DNA from: Ramazzottius varieornatus
Taxonomy: Eukaryota > Animalia > Tardigrada
DNA: 64,000 bases
Assembly (NCBI GenBank): GCA_001949185.1
Contig: BDGG01000009.1
Span: 1,043,624-1,107,623 of the forward strand
Reading direction: 5' to 3'
The notes below the pieces were generated by a model, which did no database searches, had not been told where the DNA came from, and worked only from the letters and a program-made list of their open reading frames with translations. The first letter of the stretch is position 1. Every line of letters begins with the position of its first letter. The translations under genes were made by a program, and so were the position numbers. Shown here in pieces: positions 42,832 to 56,893 of this stretch.

Positions 42832-44323
42832 TTACGATAAAGAAACATTGTCTGCGTTTAAACTATGGCTGAATATGGCTCGAGGGGAGTCCTGAGGACC
42901 GATGGGCGTTAGAGGAATGTCGGTGTGATGTCTTGTGCGAGGCGGAATGTCTGTTCCAGTCGAAGTTATCGAGGTAACGCTTCTTCGTTCATCTTGCATT
43001 ACAGCGATATTCGAACCTTCTCTCTGTATAATCTCTCGTATGCTTTCAGAACGAAATATCTGCTCGTAGCTCGGTGGAGGGTGCTCGGTGTGTTCCAGCT
43101 GTCGAGAAGGGATGATTTCGCCGTCAGACGAATAGTCAACAACGATGTGGAAATCGAAGCCTTCTGGCACTGATGGCGAAGAACACAGTCGGTACAGAAC
43201 CAAAGTGATTTCCACCAGGCAGAAACAGAACTCAACTACAAGAAAAGACAATACGTTTATAGTTGCTTGGATAGTCCGAGAGTATACTGAAATTGATGTA
43301 AATTGGGATCTTGGTCACAGGCCAAACAAACTCGACTGCAAGGTCGTTTTCCCAAGTGGCGCATCCTTCCAGTTAATGACACCAGAACCTTGCGTCACTC
43401 GGGAAAGCAATCAAACTCTACACGTTCGTTCGTTCGAAGTGGCGCACGCTTTCAGCCATCGACACCGAGAAGTGCGCCACTTAAGAAAAGAATCTTGTCG
43501 AGTTTATTTATCGAGCTCCTCAATTTCTGATCAACGTTCCAAATTTTGTTTAGTTAGTATGCGATTTTTTCGAGTTCTTTGAACCTGCTCCAAGAAGAGA
43601 TAATATTCCGTGTTGCCACTCCGGTAGAATATTGAGATTGCCATAGACTGCATGCACGGCGCACAGCGAGGCGGCTGAGAAGCCGGAAACAAAACAGAAA
43701 ACAATGTACACGTAAAGCCAGCTCCTCATGTTCTTCGGCGATAGATCGGGATGGGTCGCGTAACTTCCCACCAAGCAAGTAACAAAAAACATGCTGCCTG
43801 TCCATGCTCCGATGCCGCCACGGCCGTACCAGTTGAAATCGGAAGACTTGCTCGCCAGCTGCGTCAAAACACTGCAACCAAACAAGAGCGGTCAGAATTC
43901 GAGCTCGGCGAGATCGTTCTTTCGAGTAGCGCGATTTTACAGACTTAGTAGTTAGAAGCGTGCGTCACTTGGAAAAACGATCGTACTCGAGAAGACTGTT
44001 TCCCCAGTTGGCGCATTTGGGATGTTATTGGTTCAGAGCGTGCGCCACTTGGTGAAACTATTGTCGGGTAGTTTGCCGAGCTTACAAATATGTTCTTTGA
44101 AATCTGGTTATGTATTTTTGGTTGTGTCGAAAGTAATCGTCAACCTGTATACCAAAATAAACCGACGAGGGAATGCAGTCCAGTATGGCAGCGTATAGAA
44201 TCGCGGAAGCCGAGGTGCAGAGGATCGACCCAATGTTCCTGGTGTGAGCAAGGTCCGGGAGTAATATGAAGAACTAAATCGCCGTCTTCTGTTGGAATAA
44301 CAAAGTTGTTGGTCCGAGGCATC
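42832..44323 (-). CDS. Four-TM membrane protein, MS4A/CD20-like, with a C-terminal PPSY motif (3 exons)
   Basis: Hydrophobic segments across exons 44323-44143, ~43880-43583 and ~43287-42832; GIGAWTGSMFFVT resembles the CD20-family G.W.G motif; PPPSYEQ tail. Confidence 0.6.
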
Positions 44324-45246
44324 ACAGACTTCGGCAGCTCAAAGGTCAGGGAAGTGCTGGTGAGACTGGAATATTCGGTGAATGGTTAGCTTTGTAAACT
44401 GAGATATTACAAGTGAATAAGACGGGTCTTCTGTGGGGTGGTCAGGTTCCTTGCTGGAAGCCATCCTGATATCAGTGCAAGTACATCACACCATGCGGAA
44501 CACTGGATTAGAAATAGTCACGCTGACGACAGCCATTGGGATGCTGAAGCCGCTCAAGGTCACTACTGAAGTATTCTATGATACAAACGCCGAATATCCA
44601 AAGGCTCCTCCTTACGCAACGCACAAAAGGAAATTGATAAGTTGTTCGGGGTTCCTCGTCGTTCTGAACGATTCCTCGCCTCGCGATGAATTTCGTACCT
44701 CGCTTTTCCTTTTTCAAAAAGGAGCACTTTGAATATTGTCAAAGAAAGTTTCGTTTTCAAGACTTGATTGCTTGTTTCAGATCAGTTTCCACTTCTTTGG
44801 TCAGGTCGAGTGGGAAGGCGGCAGATCTGACAGACAGACGGTTCGCAGTCAACAAAAAACAGGGTTCCCACGTATCGCTCTATCATTCTCCTCTGCTCTT
44901 TCCGTTTTCCCTTTCCCCCTATATCGTGGGTTGATCTGCCTCGAGTCTGAAGAACCAGCCAGTCAGAAAGTGTACGAGTCGCCGAGTACTGATAAGGAGC
45001 ACCGGTCCCAAGCTCTAGTGGCCGTCCGTGCTGTCTGGCCCTCTTTCTATCAGCCATCTTTTATGGGCACTCCTCCAGCCGCAAATCACCTTTTGATGCA
45101 ATGCTTTCTCCACCTTGTTCTTTCCAATATCAATATTCAATCAAAAGGCCAGAGTTTGTTCTTCTTTTCCTTGTGGAAATCTACAATCTTTCTCTGTAAA
45201 TTGGTTCTTGACAGTACTTGAGAGTTGGAGTTGATTTCTTGGTGCG

Positions 45247-46375
45247 ATGTTTTCTCAGCAGATATTGCCGTTTCGAGTGAGTGACAGTGCCCCAGCAGTG
45301 AAACGTCGGTCGGCTAGCGTCGGAGCCATTCTTGCAGCTACTCAAGCGGAAGACGATCAAGGAAAGTTTGTCAGCCTGTTACGCCGAATGCAGCGCCGGA
45401 AGGAACGCGGACATATCCGAAGCATTCGCGGCATCCTCGGACTGGGTATCCTCAGTTTGATTTTTGGAGCTGCCACAGTTATCGTCGAAACAATCAGTGA
45501 GTGTAATTCTGCTGCAATAGTAGAACATTACAGTTAAGTATTTGGAAAAACTCCAGTTGTAAATCGGGACTCGGACTAACAACCAGAGGAAAATTGACGC
45601 TTCATTTCGGATAATGTCAACGTAAAAAAATGGCACTTCTGTCCTCTGATTCGTGCTCAACCAACACTGCTATATTGAGAAGCAAAATTTTCAGGGGAAT
45701 AGCTCAACTTACTAAGCTTACGTACCATACTATTTCTGATTTTTTGATTCAAAATTTGGAAATATCCACTCCTTTTATTAGTTACGCAGAGAATACGCTC
45801 AACAACTAGAACTTGTTCTTCCAGCCAGGGTCAAGTATCCAAATGCTAGTGCTGCTCTGCTGAGTATGGAGACCGCCGGCATCTTCGTCGGTTCGCTGTC
45901 CATCACCAACGGCATCCTGGCCTTGACACTGTGGAAGACCAGCCGAAGGCAGCCCAAACTGTGGCTTCTTCGTCTCCACAAGAGCCTTTGCAACTTCAAC
46001 CTCTGTTGTGCATTGGCCATGTTCTGTCTCTCACTGGTAGCGCTCGGCATCCTCACCACACTGCGCGACTGGCAGAAGGGCGTCGCACCCTTGCTGGTCT
46101 TCCACGACGACCTGATGAAGTTCTTCAAGCGCGCCGACCTGACATTTCCCTATGAGTACCTGGAAGAGCTGACCATTCTAAGGGGAATGTCCATGAGCTT
46201 CCACCTGTTGATTTTCTTGACCTCCCTCTGCACATCACTCTTTTGTCTTTTCAACCTGTGTGTGGCTGGTTTGCCCAATTTTGGCGGCATTGCTGAATCG
46301 GTGTCGTCTTTCGGCTCTGTCATGAGCAACTTTTCTTTTGTCAAACGCAGCTCCAGCAAAAGCAGCATAGCCTAG
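45247..46375 (+). CDS. Four-TM membrane protein, MS4A/CD20-like (2 exons, 45247-45497 and ~45825-46375)
   Basis: LGILSLIFGAA, AGIFVGSLSITNGILAL and two further hydrophobic helices; phase-compatible GT-AG intron. Confidence 0.55.
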
Positions 46376-46505
46376 ACCTTCAAACCGTTTTCGTTCCCGA
46401 ATTATTGTAGAAAAGATATCTCTCCTTGTTTCGAAACTGAACTCCTCAAAATGTCGATATCAAACTGAAAGCATTTTATACAGCTGGAATTGATTTTCTA
46501 CATTA

Positions 46506-47198
46506 GGGAGCATTCATTAATGACGTCAGGTACTCAGGGAGGGATGATGGGTACCCGAAACCTGACAGCAATTTTATAAAAGCCAGTTGATTGCTTGAAC
46601 TGCCTGACATCGGAGGGGAATGGTCAGTGGCGGCCCTACAAAATGGTTTCCCAGTAAAGACAGATGTTGCCCACATGTACATACGACCTGTGGATGACGT
46701 AATCTCTAAGTACAGGTACTGTAAAATCCAATGACGTAACCTTCCGAAAGTTCCAGTTTTGAAATTTGGCCTTTATTCGAAAACTTCATGTATAGCACAG
46801 TCACAACACGCAACGTAATTTTTTTTCTCCGTCTACAATATCGACTGGTTTGCCGAGAGCCGCTGCTGCAAAGTGATGAATTATGCTAGGACGGCATTCG
46901 GAAAGCACGCCGACAGAAACGATTTTTGTCCAGCCGGGGCCTGTGATCAGTGCGCTTCGTGGAGCATGCCGCATTAGTTGTCGGCATCTCCTAATATCGC
47001 TTCACACCAGATTTCAAAAACTAATTTTCCCACCCGATTACGTCATCGTACTTCTGGTCCACTTTAAAATCTTCGTCATCGAGAGATCATACTTTTGCAG
47101 TACTAGCTGTCTTTACTGGCAAATTTATTTTATGGGCCGCCACGGGGAATGGTCAGGCCTCCTAATATCAAAACCTGACGTTATTGATGAATGCTCCT
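46506..47198. mobile_element. Non-autonomous PIF/Harbinger-type MITE (~690 bp)
   Basis: 25-bp TIRs GGGAGCATTCATTAATGACGTCAGG / CCTGACGTTATTGATGAATGCTCCT, flanked on both sides by TTA (46503-46505 and 47199-47201). No transposase ORF. Confidence 0.85.
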
Positions 47199-47479
47199 TT
47201 AACGGTAAATTTCGCTGAGTCTTTATATGAATGGACGCACCATTGGAAACGTAATGTGCCGCTATGGTTTGGTAGGAAAAGTCGACCGGGCGATATGATG
47301 AAAAGTTTTACGGACTTTGGAACGGTACCGGCGCACAGTCTGCCATACGCCGTAGAAAAAAACTGTCCAGACCTCACGTCGCCGTTTACGACTGTGGCTT
47401 TCTGTTATCAGTCGTGACCTACTGGGATGGATAAGGCGAACATAAACTCAAGGCTTTTGTACATGGCCATCAGTGCAAG

Positions 47480-50421
47480 TCATTTTTGAGAAACTAGCGT
47501 GTTCGTGCGAGATCGATGCATCCTCAAACCAATCAACTTTGTCGTGGCGTAACATCCGGCGGTGGCAAAGGCGAAGACTCCATAGGCCAACCAAGTTGTC
47601 CGCCCACCGTAATACTGGTAGATAAAGCCGGCCGCGACTCCTCCGATGCCTTGCCCTGTTAAATAATTTCAAGGTTATGACAGACTATTCTGGAGCACGG
47701 CAAAGAAACTAGCCGAGATTTTTTCCAAGCGGCGTACGTTCTCAGTCAATAACACTGTAGATATTCGCCACTCCAACAGACAAACCCGACAATACCGTTT
47801 TTGCAAGTGGCGCGCGCTCCCAGTCAATAACACCGAGAGCGTGCGCCACTCTAACAACGGTCTGGTCTACTCTTTTTACCGAGCTCCCATTTGGAAAGAG
47901 ATTGGGCGAACTAGAGGGAAAGAACTTACCAAAGCCTTCGTACGTTGCACCGAACAATCCTTGCAGCATGGCAGCGCCACCTGGCGGGGCTCTTTCGAAG
48001 GCAAAGCTGGTCATGGAGGCGTAGAACAGGCCGAAGCCGATGGAATGGGTGGTCTCGATGAGCATGACGTACCAAGGGTTCCCCAGAAAGTAATAGCCCA
48101 AGAAGCGCACACCGAAAGACACGAGGGAAAGGACCATGCAGTTGTGGTAGCCCACTTCCCGGATGATCCATCCGGACAGCGCCATCATGGGTACTTCGAA
48201 GACACACTGCGAAAAGATGGCAAGGCCGACCAGCAAGTTGCTGGCACCGAGCTCTGTCAGGTACCAGCCGAAATAGCCATACAGCAGGCCAGTACATATC
48301 CCCATTATAAACGTCCCTCCACTGAAAGCAAAACATAACTGAACATTGCAACTGCAATGAGATCTAGAAAAGTGACGAAAATGACAGGAGGGCGTCATTG
48401 GCATGCATTTGTCAATATGATTAATACAGTTATACTGCAACATTTCATAGACAAAGGTCATGAAATTTGCTGAGTGGAATTTCTTCTTTTTCGGTGCACG
48501 CAGGACGAAATATTATGGGCCAGTAAAAATTACGGGCCAGGCCTTTTCGCTACGGCGGCACGCGCAGGTGATTCTTGCTACAAGTGACAACAGCATCGAA
48601 AGCTGCACTGCTGTGTGTACGTGCGGGATATTGGGCCGAAGAGCTAATTAGCTAAAGCTTGTCATGTTATTTTGCTATAGCATTTAGATCTTTTTGTTGT
48701 AACAGTTAGATCTCCATCTTACCGGAACACGCACACCTTCAACAGTTCAGGCTAGTCAAAGGCTTTTCCGGGAGGAAGTCGACAGCAGCGTTAAAGCGTT
48801 AGAGTAAACCAGCTGATCAGCTGGTGGCCATTGTCCATGACAATTTTCTAAGGTTGAATTTCGCTCTGTTGCGTCATTTGTGCGATTTCTGTTTCTCACT
48901 TGAATACAAATTGTAAATTTCCCGTCTTTTCCGCCTGGCCCGTAATTTTTACTGGCCCCTAATATCTCGTCGTGCGTGTACCTTTGATCTTATATTCTGT
49001 ACTTGTGTCTATTGTAGTATCTTGGTTTGGCAACTAAATAATTCAGGAGCTCGGCAGCTAACTCGACCAGATTATTTTCCCGAGTGGCTCACCGTTGCGG
49101 TATAAATGACCGGAAGCGTGTGCCACTTGGGAAAACTAATCTGGTCGAGTTGGCTCCCATTTATAAATAGATTTTTCAGAAACGAGGTGCAGTTAGGGAA
49201 AAGAATGATTACGAGATTGCCGACTCACCAGAATAATAACACGTCAAAGGATATTATTCGGTGTCCTGCCACAGAAACATCTTCATGTCGAGTATCCACG
49301 TTCCTGATGGGAGGAAGAAAGAACGTCGAGGCAATTCCACAACAGCCGATGATCAAGAACGTCAGGAACATGGACGTAAAGCTGTTATCATTCACCGACG
49401 TATCCTCCGAGAAGGTATTTAGTAAGATTCCCACCAACAAGGCGCACAATGCCCACCCAATGGTCCCAAAGACCCGGTTGGTTCCATAGGTCGTCGGGAC
49501 CGGTGAGGTCTCCACCAGCGCGAAGGCCATCGTATCGTTGATAGTGAAGGCTGCACCATAGCCGAACCACCCAAAGACCAGCAACAGTCCCGTCAACCAG
49601 AACTGCAGGGTCCAATGGATGCCGCTTTGGTTTGCCTCGTCTGGATCGTTGGGACGATATTCGCAGTAACATGAGATATTTCTCCCGTTTACGAAGTTTC
49701 GTAACTGCGCAAAGTCATGGAAGTGAACGTGGTCAACAGTAGCGTTGATGCCCGTCCAAGTGACGTTACAGCTGAAGTTGCCCGCAGGAGGTTTGCCGTA
49801 GCGCGGCAGATGGTCGACGGTTTGCCGTAGCATGGTTTGACAGGAAGTGCTGGTCATTAATGGCGGAAGCTCTTTTTCGGCCTCGAGACGCGGGACGAAG
49901 TAGATGGCGAACATGAAGACGATCTGGATGGCCACGAAGATGCGAGAGAGGGTCGCTGGACGGAAGGTGCCGCGGTCGGCCAGGCCGCCGGTGATGGGTT
50001 TCGACAACATGGCCACGAAGGGCAAACCGCCAAAGATGAGGCCATTTTGGGAAGCGCTGAGGCCCAGGTATTGGATGTAAATGGGAATGTATGGAATCAT
50101 ACAAGCGGAAGCTGTGAAGAAACGACGGCGTTAAGAATTGTTGAAGCTTAGTTGGGACGTCGGCAATGACTTGAACAACTATCGTTTTCTCAAGTGGCGC
50201 ACGCTTTCAGACGATAACAACTAAAAAGCGCGCCACTTGAAATAAAGATTATGTTCAATGCATTTGCCGCCGTCATCTTAAAGAACTGAAAATTCCCCAT
50301 CGATGAAGAATTGAGCTGAACTTGCGGACAAACCTCCGAGCACGAAAAAGAACAGTGCTTTGAGCGGCAACAGGTGGGGATGAAATAACGACTTGAGTCT
50401 CGCAGAGCAACGCGGGTCCAT
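47480..50421 (-). CDS. Major facilitator superfamily transporter, MFSD6-like (4 exons)
   Basis: LLPLKALFFF, IPYIPIY..LGLS, KPITGGLADR, YGTNRVFGTIGW, VRFLGYYFLGNPWYVMLIE, LQGLFGATYEGFG.GIGG. Confidence 0.88.
48494..48981. mobile_element. ~490 bp intronic MITE with ~50 bp TIRs
   Basis: GTGCACGCAGGACGAAATATTATGGGCCAGTAAAAATTACGGGCCAGGC (48494-48542) is inverted at 48933-48981 with few mismatches. It lies in an MFSD6-like intron. Confidence 0.85.
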
Positions 50422-51146
50422 TTTGAGATGTTCCAGATTACAGATGGGAGGGACACCAAGTTCAAAATAAGGAAAACTGCGCTCCTGATTATCGATGGTT
50501 TGAGGATGAAGTTGATGGGAGATACCGGAAGTCTGTTCTCCAGCCACAGCAGCTACCCCTGAAATCCATAGCGTTCGTATTCGAGCTTTGACAAAGAGCA
50601 CGCGCCGTCCCGTCTCACATCATTCTTCGGCCTGAAAAGTGATAACCAAAGACGAAGAAAGAGCGACGTGTACTTCACAAGGTAAAGGCAAACAAAATGT
50701 TTGTGCTGTCATTGAATGCCAGTCAATGGTACGCATCCATCCATCATCAAAGTTTTCTGAAATCCGAACCTGGCAAACCGGCTGGATTCGATAAGCAATC
50801 CTGAAACGACTCATAAAACCGAAAACTTTAGACGGCTGACCTGATAATACGGAGAGACCTTCGCACACCGTTCGTTCCTGTGTCGAGACCGGAAGATTCT
50901 AAAAAAAACATGGCTCGGGAATTCGCTAGGCCGAAATTTCTACTAGCAGAATCAATTAGGAATATTGACCCTTGAAAGAGATAAGCTACCCCACAGAACA
51001 ACGCCATCGTACACAAGAGCAGGATTTTCTAGTAAAAATCGTGTAAATAAAATATATGAAAGTCGGATATCTTGTACCGTTCAGAGGTTGAATCAAGCAG
51101 AAAAGCACATGAAAAAAACATAGCAACATGCTGAATGTTGTTGGCT

Positions 51147-54100
51147 TCATCGGCCTTGCTGGGTGATCTTCAAGCCCGAGGTGCTCTTGCCAATCTGTGA
51201 GATTTGGTCAATGTTGCACACTCGACCGGCATACTCTGGGAGGTAGCTAGCTCCACAGTACGCCGACTTGACCTCGGGCTTGCCTCGATAGATGGGAGTG
51301 TATGAGTATGCACAGATAGTAAAAGGGTTATGTTCATCGTAGGCTAAAGGAACAGCGTCAACTGGGTTCTTGTCGGCCACTTGCAAGATCTTCCGCGCTG
51401 TCTGGGCTACTTCCGGCTTCGGACCTAGCTCCAGGAGACGACGCGCTAACGACCCAGCCGTCTTCAGATCGTTCAGCTTGAAGGCCAGGTTCATGGCCGT
51501 TCGTAGTGTCAGAACTTGATGGACCGGCTGAAGGTTACAGTGTGTGAAGTAAACGGCCAACTGAAATGGGAAAAAAGAATGGAACGATGACACGCCCATG
51601 TAATACTTTTCACCCTAAAGTCCTAATATTGCCCCTTGTCTGATCCAATGTATTTTTCCAGCTATTAATCTTCCACAAACGGAAAACGAACGTACAACGT
51701 ATATCTTAAGTGACGCACCCTTCCAGCCAACAACATCGAATACCTGCGCCACTTGGAAGAAAAATCAACTCGACAAGTTCGTTTCTCCCAAGCGACTCAC
51801 GCTTCCAGCTAATAACACTGTAGACATACGCCACTTAGCATAACGATCTTGTACGTCTTCCCATATTTAGGTCAAGATTTTTTATTTGATACTATCAAGT
51901 ATCAAATAATCTTTCTTACTGGTTTTGGTTTATGACAGATTATCTCAATGTAGATTTTTCGGTTTTGTTCGAAAAGTTTTCCTGACATTAGGATACTTTA
52001 CCTCGCAGCTTCTCTTGCGGTCTTCCGGCTTTTCCGACTTGGCCAGCTCCTTCCTGACCAGTTCCATACTGATGCCCAGCACGTACTCCCTGCAAATCTC
52101 CAGTAGCTGCGAGGCTTCCACCTGTTCCTGCTTACTGGGCACCACCAAGAAGGGAATGTTCCACATGATCTGCCTAAGCTTGTCGACGGCTTCCTGGAAC
52201 TTGCCAGCCGTAGTCAGTTGGTAGCAGGACTGTAGCCGCTGTACCAAGTCCGTTAGCTGCAGGACCATCGCGGGTGCGAAGTTCTTAGGCGTACCCTCTT
52301 GCCAGTTGCGCAGAGGGTAGCTCACCATGGACGGACCTAGCGGTTGTGGTTGGAACGAAGTGCGAGACAGACGCATCATCGATAGCATGGTCTCTTTTAA
52401 CGGGTCAAAGGATACTACACCGATCTGGTCGTGCAAGAGACGGCAAGCTGTCTCGAAAGAACCTGCCAGGACGTGGTCGATGGCCAGCTGAGAGTGACTA
52501 GTCCAAGCTTGGGCCATCGAAGTGCCGCGAGGTGGCGGAGCAAAGTAGCCCGATTCTGCCTTGCCTTCTGCCTGTGGAGCGACGTCAACGGGAATGTCCA
52601 GTTCTTCATCCACATCCCAGCCAGCACCTAAAACAATCACATGACTAAGACAACCGGAAATGATGAGCCCAAGTGCCTCGGACAGACTGCTGGCCAAGCC
52701 AGCCAACAATGTGCTACGTCGTCATGCACCTGCACTCTTAATGACGATCGATTAAGTACGGTTCAGCATATGCAGGTACATGAAACCCGTCCTGCTACGT
52801 AACTGTTTACGTGGTTGATACATACAGCCAACTGTATGCAGGTGAATGAAACATCGTTCTGTCACGCACCTGCATACTTAGTCAGCGTGAAATAGATACG
52901 GCTAAGTGTATCTAGGTAAGCGAAACTTTATTTCGACCCTTTAATCTAATGAAAAATTTTAAAATACACAATCGGTATGATTTTCATGCTAGTCTCGAAT
53001 GTATATCTGCGTAGATTACATTACCTTCTTCGCCTTCCTCATTTGTGGCAGCGTCGCCGCTCACATCCACTGCCACGTCGTCATCGTCACCCCAGCCAGC
53101 TTCTTCTCCCATATCGCCCACATCGACTGCAGCCACAAGGTTCTTGGCAGTCTTGCTTGTTGAAGCAGCGCCTTCGAAAAAGGTCTTGGAGATGGCCAAC
53201 AGCGGCCAGTTCTCGTCCAGTTTCTGCAGAGGTGGTGCTGGCTTGAAGAGGACTGCATCTGGACTGGCTTGGGGCACCGCCTCGCCTTCTTGGAAGTTAT
53301 GTGACAGCCGTTCGGCTATCTCCTCAAAACCGTACGTCTGAGCCGCCAAGTACGCCATGCTATACTGGCCACTGTGATCGAGGATCTTGATCTGTTCACC
53401 GACGTCACCGAGGAAAAGCGCGTCACGGAACTGCCCGCTGGTGTCTTTCCTCACTTCGGCAATCTTCATCATCTTGCGCAGCTTCTCCAGGTTGCCGGTT
53501 ATCAGGTACAAGAACGACAATTTGTCAAAGTTCTTCGTACGCTGGTAAGCCATCTCAACCACTTGGTGATTTCCCTGCAAACATAGTTTCGTATTAGAGT
53601 GAAATCTTAGTCTGCACTGGAGTTATCGGCAAATACACTCGACAAGATCGGTCTCTCAAGTGGCGCACGATTGCAGCGAACAATAGCGCAATGTGCGCCA
53701 CTTGATAAAACGATCAAACATCATCACTTGCTGATATCCTTTTCCCAAGCGGCGCACGCTTTCGGTCAACAACAATGAAAACGTGCGCCACTTGGGAATA
53801 CGATCTTGTTGAGTTTGCTTGTCCAGCTCCCGTTTATCTCATAATTTTATGATTCTTTTCGGCTTATTTTGGTTTGTTTGCAAATATATCGTGTTCGTAC
53901 CTGAAGTAGGGCGGCTTCTGCCAAACGTTCCCAGCAGACCTTATCGTCGATGGACCTGGCTGCTTCCAAGGCAATCTCGATGTTGCCACATTCCAGCGCC
54001 AAAGTAAAGCGCGTCTTCTCGTCTTTGACAAAATGCAAGGCAATTTCAGGATAGCCTTTCTGTTGCAGATAAGCGATGATGGATTGGCCAATTAACTTGG

Positions 54101-56893
54101 AATGTTTGACCATGTGCAACACCTACAAAATAAATGACATTCTGTTGCCTAAATACAATGCCAATGTGCGATAAGCGCACTAGTAAATCCGAGTAGGGCT
54201 ACAATACCTCGTCATAGCGGCGCTGTGAGACCGCCAGCTTGAAGCGGTATTCTGTGGGATCGATGGTCAGCACGCGCGGTACGGCTTCCCGATCCAGACA
54301 ATAGACGTTATTGCCCTTGATGCGCGTTATGTAAATGACGAAATCCAACGTGCGGATGATGCCATGATCGCTGAAACCAACAAGACATTTCCACACAAAG
54401 TTCAACATTGTGCCGTGCTGAAACGGAATGAAACCTACCCGTTGGCGATGGCGTATTTGATGTGGTTTCCGGTTGTATAGACGAAGACGTTATTTTCGTC
54501 CCAGGCTCCGCTCTTAACGTTGACCGTTTCTTGAACACTAGTTAGGACTTCCAAGGAGCGTGTGCATAGCGTTACCTCTGCAAAAGACAGAGACGTTACA
54601 ATCATGCATCAAAGTATACAAGCTAGCTTCCATGGTTAGCTTCGACATCTGAACTTACGGCGCTTGCTCATCATCGCCACGAACGTCATATCGTTGGACC
54701 ACACCACGTACTTCACCTTCGGCACGCGTGCTTGGGCCAACGCTCTGCTAGAATAGAACAACTGTGCTACGGGAAATTATCTAACAAACAACACAGGAAC
54801 AGAAAAAACAACAAGCAAAGAGTTGGGAAGTTGGCAAACAGACTCGACACGACTGCCTTTCCAAGTGGCGCACGCGTTCAGGCAGTATTACAGAGCAGGC
54901 GCGCCATATGAAAAAACCATCTTGTCCAGCTTCCACTTACGCTTTTTGTTGAAGATCGTAAAGGATCATCTGTTCGCCGTCGCGGTAGAGAAGAACTCCT
55001 GTTCCAGCGTAGAAGATTTCGTCACAGTTAGACAACTGGATCTTCTTGCCAGCTTCCTCGTTCTTCAGGTTCTTGATCAGAATCTAATAAACGAAAAACG
55101 CTAAACTAAACTGCATTCACACAGGTTTTTCTGGAAGACGTGGAAACTTTACCTGCTTTTGTCGATCTAAGACGGCAAAGCGGTTGCGAGCAACCCACAC
55201 CGCCATCTGCCCCGAGGCTCGCTTGCCATCGGAAATGTCCGCTTCCTTCGAGCCGAAGTTCTTGGGTAGTGTGTACACTTCATAGATGCTATTTTCGCCA
55301 CTGGGGGTCTTCGTAACCAGCAACAGGGCATTCTCTGCCGGGTTGAAGGCGGCCGAGTACTCCGGCGTACGACCGGCATTGCGCAGTTGCAGTACGGGGT
55401 TGTCTTTGTTGGTGGTGAAATCCAGGCAGCGGACGTGGTGGTCCTTCAAGTAGAAGAGGAGGTTCTGGCTGACGGAGAAGGCTGGTCGTTCTCGCTCCAG
55501 CTTGAAGACGATGGAACCGTTGTCGTGTCCAGCAGCATACAAGTTGAGGGTGGGATGGGCAGCCACCACCCAAAAGCGGTCGTGCTCGCGACGGAAGGTG
55601 TACAGGCAGATGCGCTTGTTGACGTCCCAGACGCGAATGCTCTTGTCCTCGGAATCACTGAGAATGATCTCCGAGTAGTTACTGAAGGCCACGCAGGAAA
55701 CGTTGTTGTAATGACCCCGACACGAATCCACTTCCCAGGCTTTCTCCTCTGCAAACGTAAACAGAGTGCCGGTCAACTACAGCGCATTCGTGTAACGGTT
55801 TCATCAGCATGAATACAGACCCAAAGGCACAAATTCAAATGTTAGTGTATGCAAAACCATGAATCGCTTCATGATCCTGCATACATAGAGTTTTCGACCA
55901 TGCAAAATGCAAATATAACAAAGGTCAAGGGTATCCACAACAGGAAAAGTAATGCAGATGATGAATACTTACGGCTGTATCGCCAAATCTTGACTTGACG
56001 ATCATCGGAGCCGGAAACGATCAGCTTCATGGAAGGATGGAAGGTTGCCCAGTTGACTCCACGATCGTGTCCTTCCAGAACAAACTTCACCACCACGTCT
56101 GATTGGCCAAAAAGCTCGGTCTGGCCCGCGGTACGGATGCTGTCGATGGCGCTCGAGCCGGGCGCGACATTCTTCTTTCTCAGACCAGCAATGTCCCAAA
56201 CTCGAATGGTCTGATCGAGAGACGCTGAGATGACCAAGTCTTCTGATGGATGGAACTGTGCGCACATCACATAGTGATTGTGGCCGGTCAGGATGCTGAT
56301 ACAGTTCCGCGACTGCCAGTTCCATATTCGGACAGTCTGATCGTCTGAGCAACTGGAAGAAAAAACCGTCCATCAATGGATATTCAGATAAAAAACCCAA
56401 AATGGGAGCTTGACACGTCTGGTTCCCACAATGGCGCACATTGTCCGTGTATCTATCCGTCAGCATGCGCCACTTCGAAAGAAAATATGTCGAGCTTGTT
56501 TGCCGATCTAATTACTTAACCTAATCGATGTCGAATCGATGATCGTCGAATCGAGGACCTTTACCTGATAATCCAGGGGTATTCATGATGGAAAAAGGTC
56601 GTGCGGATGTAATCCAGATGGCCGAGAAGCGTGAAGATGCACCGATGTAGTTTGTAATTCCATACTTTGATCTTGTAGTCGTCACCACCGGAGACGAATA
56701 GCGGCTGCTGGGAATGGAAGTGAATACCTCGAACGGGACCCTCGTGTTCGTCAAACTTCTCGATCATGGTATTCAGCCTGTAATCCCACAGCTGGATGCT
56801 GCCGGTGTGCAAACTGGAGAGGATCCATGGTCTCTTCGGATGGAAGCAGAGACCCTTCACACGGGCAGATTTGGATTCGAACTTGGTCAGCAT
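51147..56893 (-). CDS. COPA: Coatomer subunit alpha, multi-exon
   Basis: [23 protein letters not shown] start; WD40 repeats; [14 protein letters not shown]; [11 protein letters not shown]; YDEHNPF C-terminus. Confidence 0.97.
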
